Assembly: GCF_025526975.1 (NCBI RefSeq)
Contig: NW_026515669.1
Span: forward strand, 1,798,001 to 1,862,000
Direction of reading: 5' to 3'
DNA length: 64,000 bases
Origin: Fimicolochytrium jonesii
Lineage: Eukaryota
Positions 17,627 through 27,519 of this stretch are shown piece after piece (the first letter of the stretch is position 1; every line of letters starts with the position of its first letter). A model generated the notes under the pieces. It searched no databases, was not told the origin of the DNA, and saw only the letters and a program-made list of their open reading frames with translations. Both the position numbers and the translations under genes were made by a program.

Positions 17627-20005
17627 TCATCCCACCTGGTACTCCAAACAGGGCATCCCGCCCGCCCTCCGCACACCCTCCACAAACGCCTCAACATCCG
17701 CACCCACATCGACCCCACCCGCGCGCGCCGCATCCACAACATCCGCAAACGCGGCCTGGATGAACGGGTGCCGGTGCGCGAGCGTGGCGTGCAGCGTGAG
17801 CGTCGTCGTGACGATCCCCTTCACGGCCGTGTGCGTCTCGGCCGTCCCAGTCGGATACATCGCAGCCAACGCCTCCACGCAACACAACGCGCCATGCAGC
17901 GCGTTACCGCCCGTGCGTCCGGTGAGGATGCGGGTCAGGGCGGGCAGGACGCGGGTATGTACTAGGGCCGGCGGGGTGGTGTGCGCGAGACAGCGGGCGG
18001 CGAGGGTGCGGACTGCGTACGAGGGGTGGGTCGACGCGGTCAGAAGGTGGTGTGTCAGTGGGTCGGTCGGTGGTGCCGGTGGTAGTGGTATCGCGGGAGC
18101 GCCCGGTGCTGACGACCCCGCGTGTTGGCGTCTCCTTCCCCTCCTCCCCGCCTCCAGTGTGTTCATCGGGGTCGATCGACCGCCAGCAACAGACTCCAGA
18201 ACAACCAACCCGGCCACCCGCCCCATCTCCGTTCCCGTTCCGCCCAGCGCGCTGACAACAGCGGCCATCGCGGCCGGGTACATGCGAGAAAAGGCTTCGA
18301 CCCGTTCCCACGCCTCCGCCTGACATAGCCCGGGTACGCCGCGCTCGAGGACCGCGCAGAGTAACAGGACCCCGGCGCTCGCTACTCCCGCCGCGGCATC
18401 GGGGGTATGGATGGAGTGTAGCGCAGCACACAGCGTCTCGCCAAACGGCATCCCCGGCCCCGTCTTTGCGTCCTTCACGAGACGATGCAAGATCGTCAAC
18501 GCCATGACTGTCCTCGTTCTGTCATGTGTGTTACCGGGGTTGAGACACGCGAGGAGGGGGGCGACGACGGTTTCGTTCAGGACCGTGATGCGCTCGGTGG
18601 GGTCGGGGAAGGCGCCGTGCAGGATGGCGAGGAGGATCCGCGCGGGCCCGGATGTGCGGTCGTCGTGGCGGGGGTATACCTGCGCCTCCACGCTACTACT
18701 CGTACCCGCGGGTGAGACGATGCCCGCGATGACGGCATCCAGCCACTGCTGTGGGAGGTGGTGGTAGGTGGGTGATGTTACGAGGGCGGCGCAGAGAGAT
18801 TGGAGCGATTTCTGCGTCCAGTTGGCGGCGCCCCAGTGGCGGATTTCGAGGAGGGTTTTGGTGAGGAGGTGATATGTGGTGGTTATGATTGTTTCTGTGT
18901 GGCGTGCAGAGGAGTGTGACTGTACGAGTTTGACCGCGATCGTCGAAAGAGCCAGACCTCCGGATCGGATCGTGCGCCAGGCTGCTGCGATTAGAACTTT
19001 CCGTGGAAATTCTTGCGATGCAGTATCTTCACCCGCCTGTTCGTCCTCGTCCTCCTCCCCTTCGTCATCATCACCCTCTCCCACCTCCAAAAACATCGTC
19101 TCCCTAAACACCCCCACCGCCGCCTTACACGCCTTTACAAGCCCATCCACCAACTCACGCACTAGGTTCCGGGGTACGGATTGGATGTGTGTGATATCCT
19201 GCACGACGTACGCGATACCTTCGACGGCGCCGTGGATGTTGGGTGCGGCGGATGCGAAGGTGGGTGAGGAGAGGTGGGTTGTGAGGAGGGATGAGAGGTG
19301 GGTGAGTGATGCATAGGTGGGGTGAATCACGGGATCCTTGATGTCGGAGGGAATCGCAGACTCGAGACAGGCGACCAACCGCCAGACCATCCCGCCGCGT
19401 AACCTCGCCAACGTCGACACGTCCTGGGATAAAGCCACAGCGGTGTTTATCAACTCTCCCGTCCGCGGCTGCACCGTCTTCAGCCATCCCGGTTCGTCGC
19501 GTAGGAGACTGAAGGCGGCTGCTCGGGCATACTCAAACGGATTGTGGATGACGATTTCGACTAATTGCGTTGCGATGGATTGTATAGTGGTGCGATCGTC
19601 GAGGGGGGTAGAGATACCGCGATGCAGGCCGACAAAAACCTGGAGAAGGCCGAGGGAGAGAGCAATGTGCGGGTACGGCCCGGTTACGATCGTACATTCA
19701 TTCTGCAGACGCAGGACGAGCTCCACGAAGCTGTTGAGTTTATCTTCTTCTCCGCCCGAATCGCTCGTCTTCCGGAGGGATGCCCTCCTGACGGCGGCGT
19801 AGACCTTTTTGCATGCCTGCAAGATGTCATTGCGGAACTTGTTGGAGATGGGAGGTGTGGTTGTTTGCAGGAGGCATGAGCGGAGGAAGGTGAGGAACTG
19901 GGAGGTGAGGAACTGGGAGGGCTCGTTTGTTGGTGGAGCGGCGAGCGCTGCTGTGATTGTCAGCAGGTCTTGTGGGGAGGGAGGCTTCTCTGGAGGGTTG
20001 GACAT
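17627..20005 (-). CDS. ARM/HEAT-repeat protein resembling THADA/Trm732 (DUF2428 region), intronless
   Basis: Long helical ORF. An acidic patch is followed by AWRTIRSGGLAL and LLEIRHWGAA, resembling DUF2428 motifs. Start is uncertain (ORF extends to 20080). Confidence 0.55.
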   Translation of the reverse strand: MSNPPEKPPSPQDLLTITAALAAPPTNEPSQFLTSQFLTFLRSCLLQTTTPPISNKFRNDILQACKKVYAAVRRASLRKTSDSGGEEDKLNSFVELVLRLQNECTIVTGPYPHIALSLGLLQVFVGLHRGISTPLDDRTTIQSIATQLVEIVIHNPFEYARAAAFSLLRDEPGWLKTVQPRTGELINTAVALSQDVSTLARLRGGMVWRLVACLESAIPSDIKDPVIHPTYASLTHLSSLLTTHLSSPTFASAAPNIHGAVEGIAYVVQDITHIQSVPRNLVRELVDGLVKACKAAVGVFRETMFLEVGEGDDDEGEEDEDEQAGEDTASQEFPRKVLIAAAWRTIRSGGLALSTIAVKLVQSHSSARHTETIITTTYHLLTKTLLEIRHWGAANWTQKSLQSLCAALVTSPTYHHLPQQWLDAVIAGIVSPAGTSSSVEAQVYPRHDDRTSGPARILLAILHGAFPDPTERITVLNETVVAPLLACLNPGNTHDRTRTVMALTILHRLVKDAKTGPGMPFGETLCAALHSIHTPDAAAGVASAGVLLLCAVLERGVPGLCQAEAWERVEAFSRMYPAAMAAVVSALGGTGTEMGRVAGLVVLESVAGGRSTPMNTLEAGRRGRRRQHAGSSAPGAPAIPLPPAPPTDPLTHHLLTASTHPSYAVRTLAARCLAHTTPPALVHTRVLPALTRILTGRTGGNALHGALCCVEALAAMYPTGTAETHTAVKGIVTTTLTLHATLAHRHPFIQAAFADVVDAARAGGVDVGADVEAFVEGVRRAGGMPCLEYQVG

Positions 20006-20739
20006 TGCCGAGTGCCTTTGCCCCAGGAAGTTAGGGACGCTCTTCTCTCGACGTGTGCTGCTGCTTCTGCTATAGTCCATTCAGTCCATTCATTTCTGCT
20101 ACCCACGCAGGTCACTTCTGAACGGCGTCTGGTATGTACTGTATGCGAAAGGGACCCGAAGCGGGGGGGATATGCCTGTGTTATGTCATCCAAGTCCTCG
20201 TTTAAATTCAGAATGGCTTCCCCTGGTTGAGCGAGGGAATCACGTGAGGCGTTGTGGGAGTGAAATCCGATGAGTCAGTCAGTCGGATGCAAATGGGAAT
20301 CTCTTATCAGCCATCGACTCACGGGCTCAGCATCATCTCCCTCCGAGTCCCTCCCACCGCATGTGCTGCTGTGCTTGCTGTGCTGTGCTCTCGCATGGCT
20401 GCGCGGCGCGTATCCTCCATCCCTCTTCGCAATGTCGCATGTGCGTGCGCTATGACGAGCTACGTATGTACTGAGGAGCTAAAAGGCCCAAAGGGTATCG
20501 CCCCTCCCATACATACTGTATCTATCCGTCGTCGCCGAGAAGTACATATATCCATACCACTCCGTCTTCACTATCTGCTATTCGTCAGAACTGTATGTAG
20601 AGACTCCCTGGCGCGGAACCATAAGAGCATCCGCCCACTCCGCGAGGAAACTGTCTCGTCTCGCAATTCCACCCCCCCCCCCCCCCCCCCCAGGCATTCC
20701 CGGCGACGAACATTTATTCACACACAGTCATCACTAGCC

Positions 20740-22029
20740 ATGGCCGCTGCAACCACCACCCCAGAACACTCCTTCCTCCACTCCACCCTGCAAATCCCTT
20801 CTTCTCGTAGCCCACGGCACAGTCCCGACTCTCCTTCAATGTCCGCCCGCTCAGTCGAACAACAACAACAACAACAACAAATACCCCACCCGCACCTTCT
20901 CTCCCCCTACCAAACCCTCCGCAACAACTTTGGCGCCGGCGCAATAGCCCTCTCCACCTCCTTCGCTGTCATGCACCCGCTCGATACCCTCAAAACTCGC
21001 ATGCAGGCCGCTTCAAAATCCACATCACACTCAAATCTAACCATAAAGAGTTTCTTCACCCGCGATACTCTAAAGACTCTACGGAGAGGATTCACCACTA
21101 GCGTTCTGGGTGCGGCCGCACAGGGCGGGTTGAGGTGGATGACCTTTGACGCGTGCAAGACGGAGCTGTGCGCGCGGTTTCCCGAGAAAGTCCCAGAGAC
21201 GACCGGAGGGACGGGGACGGGGACGACCGCGGACGGGACGAGACGAAAAAAGAACATCCTCCCATCAGCCTCCTTCATGCTCACATCCGCGGCCTCAGCG
21301 ATCGCAGGCGACCTCGCATCCTCCATCGTCAAAGTACCCCGCGAAGTCGTCACTGCCCGTTTACAGACCGGTCACTACGACACACCTCCATCTCATTCCC
21401 ACTCGGTACAAGGAGTTTCCAAGCCAAAGGGGGCAACCTACGCCATCCGCACCATCCTCCGCTCCGAAGGCGTCCCAGGCCTCTTCCGCGGGTTCTGGTC
21501 CCTCACCCTCCGCGACTGGCCCTTCATGATTATCCTCTTCACCACCTACGACACCCTTAAATCCGTGCATCACAATTTCGCCATCAACAACGCCCCACCC
21601 GCAGATATTGCTGATGGAACAGCAGTCTACACCCACGAGATACCCACCCTGAAATCGACGTTATTTGGCGGTCTTGCTGGGGGTCTGGCTGCGTTTGTCA
21701 CCACCCCCTTTGATGTCATCCGCGCACGGATCATGACCTTCAAGGCTGCCCCAGGGACCGCCGCAGGGGCGACGCCGAATATGAGACAGATCTCTGGGAT
21801 GATTTTAAGGGAACACGTTGCGAAAACGACATCATCGTCAGCAGCAGCGACAACGACGATAGCAACAACGACACCGACACCGAGAACGGCGATAAGCATG
21901 ATCCCCGCAGCCTCACGCGCGTTCTTTGTGGGAGCCGCGCCGCGGACGGTGTGGTGGTTCTGTGTGTGTTCGATGTTTTTCCCGATTGTGGAGAGGTGTA
22001 AGGAGGGGTTTGATGCGCTTAGTGTTTGA
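20740..22029 (+). CDS. Mitochondrial carrier (SLC25) protein, SAM-carrier-like, intronless
   Basis: Three carrier signatures: HPLDTLKTRMQ, VPREVVTARLQ and TPFDVIRARIM. Confidence 0.88.
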   Translation: MAAATTTPEHSFLHSTLQIPSSRSPRHSPDSPSMSARSVEQQQQQQQIPHPHLLSPYQTLRNNFGAGAIALSTSFAVMHPLDTLKTRMQAASKSTSHSNLTIKSFFTRDTLKTLRRGFTTSVLGAAAQGGLRWMTFDACKTELCARFPEKVPETTGGTGTGTTADGTRRKKNILPSASFMLTSAASAIAGDLASSIVKVPREVVTARLQTGHYDTPPSHSHSVQGVSKPKGATYAIRTILRSEGVPGLFRGFWSLTLRDWPFMIILFTTYDTLKSVHHNFAINNAPPADIADGTAVYTHEIPTLKSTLFGGLAGGLAAFVTTPFDVIRARIMTFKAAPGTAAGATPNMRQISGMILREHVAKTTSSSAAATTTIATTTPTPRTAISMIPAASRAFFVGAAPRTVWWFCVCSMFFPIVERCKEGFDALSV

Positions 22030-22569
22030 TTATTGTTGTTGGAGGCGGGGAGTAGCGGATATAGCACAGGGAGAGTGATGGAAGGGCTAGCGATATCGTG
22101 GTGGATCTTTTTCCCCGCTGATGGATTAGACGAAACGTCCGCTTTACTTTTACGTCCTTTTCCGTCTGGCTTGCGGGCTGTAGATGTACTGTATACTCTT
22201 TCTCTTTTATGTTTGAGTATTTATTACATTTATCTTATGGGAGCGATGCGCACAGTCTGAGCGGTGCCAATACTATGGGTTCGTGGGGCCGTCCTGGGGC
22301 ACTGGCTGGGGCTTTGTTGAGAGGTGTAGTGTCCGAGGCGCAACCCTAACCCGCAGACGGCATCTCGCTAGGCGCGTGTGCAGCCATTTACTCATCCTCT
22401 CTGGTCTCTTCCCTTTCCTTTTTTTTTGCGCACTTGCACATTCCCACTCGCCAACGGACCCAAAGGCTTGCTGGCAAGTGCTCCTGCTTCTGCTGCTCCC
22501 ACAACACACAGCAACAGCAGCACCCCCCTCCACTCAACCCACTCACACCCCCCCCCCTCCCCCAGCAAC

Positions 22570-24267
22570 ATGGTCGCCTCAGACACCCTCCCCGACTTCC
22601 CTACCGCCCCCACCTTCCCCTCCGAATCCCCCTCGGCCCAAGCCACCCGCCTCGCAACCCTCCTCTCCACCCCCGTAACCCAACAAGATGGCCTCTCCGC
22701 CGCCGAGCTCATGTCCCCCACCCTCTCCGGCGGCCTCACCTACAACGACCTCCTCATCCTCCCCGGCTACGTCGATTTCCCCGCCACAGCCGTCTCCCTC
22801 GAATCCCGCATCACAAAACGGTTCACCATCAAGACCCCTTTCGTCTCCTCGCCGATGGATACGGTCACCGAGACGGCGATGGCGGTCGGGATGGCCCTGA
22901 ACGGGGGTATCGGCGTGATTCACCACAATTGTCCCGTGGAGGAGCAGGCGGAGATGGTGAGGAAGGTGAAGAAGTTTGAGAATGGGTTTATCACGGATCC
23001 GAAGTGTTTGAGTCCGAGGGATACGGTGGGGGATGTGGTCAGGATTAAGGAGACGCTGGGGTTCTGTGGGATTCCGATTACAGGTAAACAAAACAGAAGG
23101 GAATGTGGGACGGGGTGATAAGGCTTTAATACTGATCGAATTTCGGATTGTGTAGAGGACGGAAAACTGCAGTCTAAACTCCTCGGCATCGTGACCTCCC
23201 GCGACATCGACTTTCTCCAATCCGCCGAAGAGCGCAAACGCAAACTCCAAGACGTCATGACCACCGACCTCGTTACGGCCCCGCAAGGCGTCTCCCTCCT
23301 CGAAGCCAACACCATCCTCAAAGCCTCCAAAAAGGGCAAGCTCCCCATCGTCGACAAGGACGGCCACCTCACCGCCCTCCTCGCGCGTTCCGACCTCATG
23401 AAAGCCAGGGACTACCCCTGGGCGTCCAAAATGGCGTCCTCGAAACAACTCCTGGTCGCCGCGGCCATCTCCACGCACGAGGAGGACAAGATCCGCCTGA
23501 AAGCGCTCGTTGACGCCGGCCTCGACATTGTCGTCCTCGACTCCAGCCAGGGAAACTCCCTCTTCCAGATCGAGATGATCAAATACATCAAACAAACTTA
23601 CCCGCACATGGACGTCGTCGCCGGTAACGTCGTCACCCAAGAACAAGCCCGCAACCTCATCGCCGCCGGCGCCGACGCCCTGAGAGTCGGCATGGGCTCC
23701 GGCTCCATCTGCATCACCCAGGAAGTCATGGCCTGCGGACGCCCCCAAGGGACAGCAGTCTACCGCGTCGCACAGTACGCGCGCCAGTTCGGCGTCCCCG
23801 TCATCGCCGACGGGGGTATCGCCAACGTGGGCCATATCGTCAAAGCCCTCGCTCTCGGCGCCTCGGCCGTCATGATGGGGTCCCTCCTCGCTGGCACCGC
23901 CGAGTCCCCCGGGGAGTACTACTACCACGAAGGCCAACGTCTGAAAAAGTACCGCGGGATGGGATCCATCGACGCCATGGAGAAGGGCGACGCGGCGGGC
24001 AAACGGTATTTCTCCGAATCAGACAAGATCAAAGTCGCGCAGGGCGTCGCGGGCGCTGTGGTCGATAAAGGCAGCGTGAAGAAGTTCATCGGGTATCTTG
24101 CGGCGGGCGTGCAGCACTCGTTGCAGGATATCGGCGTGACGAGCCTGGAGACGTTGAGGAGCGAGGTGTGTGAGGGGAATGTGAGGTTTGAGAAACGGAC
24201 CGCGAGCGCGCAGATGGAGGGCGGCGTGCATGGGTTGCATTCGTATGAGAAACGGTTGTTTTCGTAG
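22570..24267 (+). CDS. IMPDH: IMP dehydrogenase, 2 exons
   Basis: [21 protein letters not shown], catalytic loop [21 protein letters not shown] and VAQGV. Intron about 23084-23156. Confidence 0.97.
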
Positions 24268-24708
24268 AAGGGGGGACTGAGCGACATGTCGTCACACGGC
24301 TGTGTTATCCACACCATCCTGCACAACCCGGCATTGCCAAATCGGGACAAACCGCTTAGTCTAGTGCCCCTGCGTCATCCCTTTCCATCTGCATCTGACC
24401 ATTTCTTCCTGTATTTATCATTTCAACAAAACATACGTGCTATTTACATGACTAAAATCGACCCAGGCTTCGTTTTGAGTCTCCAAAAAATGGCGATGGC
24501 GGTGTATATATGATCACTCAAGGCCCCTTCCCACCAACAGCCGGACAGTGCCTGGCTTGCGGGTGTGGCTCTCCCCATCTCCGCGATCGCCGCTCTTCCT
24601 CCCTCTCGGACGTACAATGTAGTCGGCCTGGCAAATCCTGCCATGCATATACTGTATGAAGTACGATATCGGGGCGTGCCGCCTAGGGTGTGTCGTTGTT
24701 CACACCCC

Positions 24709-25190
24709 TCAATCCTCCGCGACATTCCACACAGCAATCGTGCCGGCCTCCGAGGGTTTGATCACCACATTCCTGGATTCGCAAAACCACACCAAACAAT
24801 CATCAGGACGGTCAAGTCCCCCTTACTAACAACGGCAACTGAACCCAACTCACCCCCGCCCAAACTCCACACAAACGGCCTCATACCCCCCCGCCGCGAG
24901 CCGGGATGCCGCCGCCGAGAGGGAGATGATGTGCGCGGCGGAGGAACGTGGGGGTGGCCCGTGGGCTAATACCGATGTTAGTAGGCCCGGGTGTGGGGAG
25001 CGGATCGAGAAAGGACACGCCTCCTTACATGCGATGCGGAGCCCGTTGGCGTCGAGGAGGAGGAGGGAGGTGAGTTCGGGGGATTGGGAGGCGCTGTGCG
25101 GGGGGAGGAGGGGTGAGGAGGGGGATTTGAGCGGACGGGGGTGGGGGGGACTTACAGGCGGCGGAGGGTCGGTGTGAGGGAGGAGTCCAT
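24709..25190 (-). CDS. LAMTOR5: LAMTOR5/HBXIP-like Ragulator subunit, 4 exons (25190-25156, 25093-25029, 24965-24854, 24772-24709), 91 aa
   Basis: Three GT(A/G)AG..AG introns with consistent phases give MDSSLTPTLRRLASQSPELTSLLLLDANGLRIASHGPPPRSSAAHIISLSAAASRLAAGGYEAVCVEFGRGNVVIKPSEAGTIAVWNVAED, colinear with the LAMTOR5 pattern. Confidence 0.8.
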
Positions 25191-25433
25191 TGGTGCTGGG
25201 GGGGATTTGGGTGTGGGGTGGGATGGGATGGGGACAATGCGAATGTCAAAAGGGTTGGAAACTTTGGAGGCGGCGGACAAAACCTTAATGATCCCTCGAC
25301 CACTTTGACATCCCCAACAACCTGCCCCCCCAGCTGTCATCCCATCCCGGAACCCCCTGGCCCTCCTCTCGCATGCGCAAGGCCACAGGTCCCTCCACAC
25401 AACTCCTTGGAAAAAAAAACAACAACGAAAAAA

Positions 25434-26932
25434 ATGCCACCTCCATCACGGCCCCCACCCTCCACCTACGTCCCCCTCTCCGACTTCCAATACCCGCCCC
25501 GCCCAACCAGCCCCCGCCACAATGCGAACATCACCATCACCACACTCCCGCCTAGCGACCTCCTCGACGACGACGACGACGACGACGACGACACATTCCT
25601 CGCGGATACATTCCGCAGCGCCGACGACGACCGGGGAGATCATCCCCGCCACCACACCCCGACGCGGCAGCACCATCCCCCATCCCCACGCAGACGGACG
25701 AGTTCACCGAGACGGGCGGGGGGGATCATGCCGCCACCGCTATTACATTCCCCATCGGGATCGGGATTCCGGACTTCCCCAGTGAAAGTACAACCAACCT
25801 CATCGACCTCCTCGACCCCCCCGCGGCGAACAAGCTACCTCGACGATCACTCCCACCCCGACGCCGACGCGAATCACAGCACGGTTGTGGCGCTTCTCTC
25901 CGGCGCTGGGCACCACCACCACCATCACAATCAGCCACATCCGGGCTATGGGGATAAAGATGGGATCGAGAGCGTGCATTTCAGGTCGGCGGAGAAGTTG
26001 CCTGAACAGGAGTTTTTGAACCTGTTGTTGCATCAGACGAGTTTGGATGACGCGCAGGAGTTGTGTCGGGCGAGGTTGGATTATTTGTTTGAGAGTGATG
26101 ATGCGAGGAAGTTGCAGAGGTACGGGTGTTGTGAGTGTGAGAGAGAGGGGGGTGTAGCAAGGATTTGCACACCCGGCGCACGACGAAAGACTGATGGGTT
26201 TCCCCCGCCCCAACGCAGAACACCGTTCTACCGAATCGCCCTGTTCCGCTTCCCCGCCATCGTCCTCACCCTCTGCCTGGAGCTCGTCGTCGCGGCCATC
26301 ATCAGCAGCTACGCGGACGTGATCACGGCCCAGCCGCGCTTGAGCGCGTTCATCCCTGTGCTGTCGAGTATCTCAGGTGGGTGTGGAAAAACGCCCCGGA
26401 AATGTGTGCGGTCGGGAAAAAAGAAACGATATCGCATGCCGAATATACTGATTGGGGGTTCCGGATGGGTTCGTAGGCAATGTCGGCTTACAAGCATCAA
26501 CCACAACCCTCCGCGCCCTCGCCACCGGTCACGCCTCCAACTCCAACCTCCAAGGCGTCCTGCGGGTCATGTTGCGAGAGGTACAACCAGTTTCCCACCC
26601 TCCCCACTTCCTATCACCATTCACCCATCTGACCCCACATCGCCCTCCCCGCTCAGTTCCTAACAGCAACCCTAATAGCCCTAACCGCCGCCGCCGTCCT
26701 CCTCCCCATCGCCCACACCTGGTCCGACTCCTGGCCCTTCGGCCTCATCACAGCCACCGCCATCCTCCTCTCCTCCTCCCTCGCCGGGATCATCGGATCA
26801 ACCGGCCCGTTGCTGTTCAAGCGACTGGGCATCGACCCCGCGCTGACCGCCGGCCCCTTCGAGACCGCGGTCCAGGACTGCGTCGGCGTTAGCGTGTATC
26901 TGGGACTGGCAGCGGCGTGGGGGTTTGGATAG
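25434..26932 (+). CDS. MgtE/SLC41-type divalent cation transporter with long disordered N-terminus, multi-exon
   Basis: FIPVLSSIS/GNVGLQASTTTLRALATG and GIDPALTAGPFETAVQD match the MgtE membrane-domain motifs. Confidence 0.8.
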
Positions 26933-27519
26933 AGGCCGTGCGGGACGGGACAATGGAATCTTTTATTCCCCTCTCGTTTTTTTTTTTGGAACGGGTGTAT
27001 ATGAGTAGGAAGAGGATGTGACGGATGAAGCCGCGCTTGTGTATATATCACATTTGCCTATGGACAGAGTGACGGGTCAGGAACAGCCTTTTTTTTTGGG
27101 AGTGTGGGGGTATTGGGGGTGGTGCGGCGGGCACGTTTGTACATATGTTCTATAGATTGTATGTGTTCTTTGACCCGGTTGGAGCAAGCGAGCACGGGTG
27201 CTGGGTGTGAGATGGTCGGCCGCCCACCCCCCATCCCGTCCATTGCCACTCTATCCGGCCCACTCTATCCGGCGCCACCAGATGCAAGTGATCTGAATGT
27301 GTGGATCGGGCTATTGTTTCCGAGGACGTTATCGTGCAGAGGTTTTTGATTTGGGGAATCTTTCTATTCCCATCCTTGTTCATATATGTACACCGTAATA
27401 GAACCCATCCAATCCCGTTTCATCCCATTCCATACACGCCGCCCCCACTACCTAATCACTGATCCTCCGTCCGAGAAATAATAGGCAAATGGTTGTACGC
27501 TCCCTTCCGGTGATCATCT

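Noticed and set aside
20254..20739. N-terminal extension of the carrier ORF
   Set aside because: Non-ATG start and promoter-like composition with a C homopolymer; the ATG at 20740 is more plausible.
22579..23937. 452-aa antisense ORF, and similar long ORFs such as 53005..54411 and 51411..52406
   Set aside because: Shadow frames opposite highly codon-biased real genes (IMPDH, ABC transporter), with no recognisable motifs.
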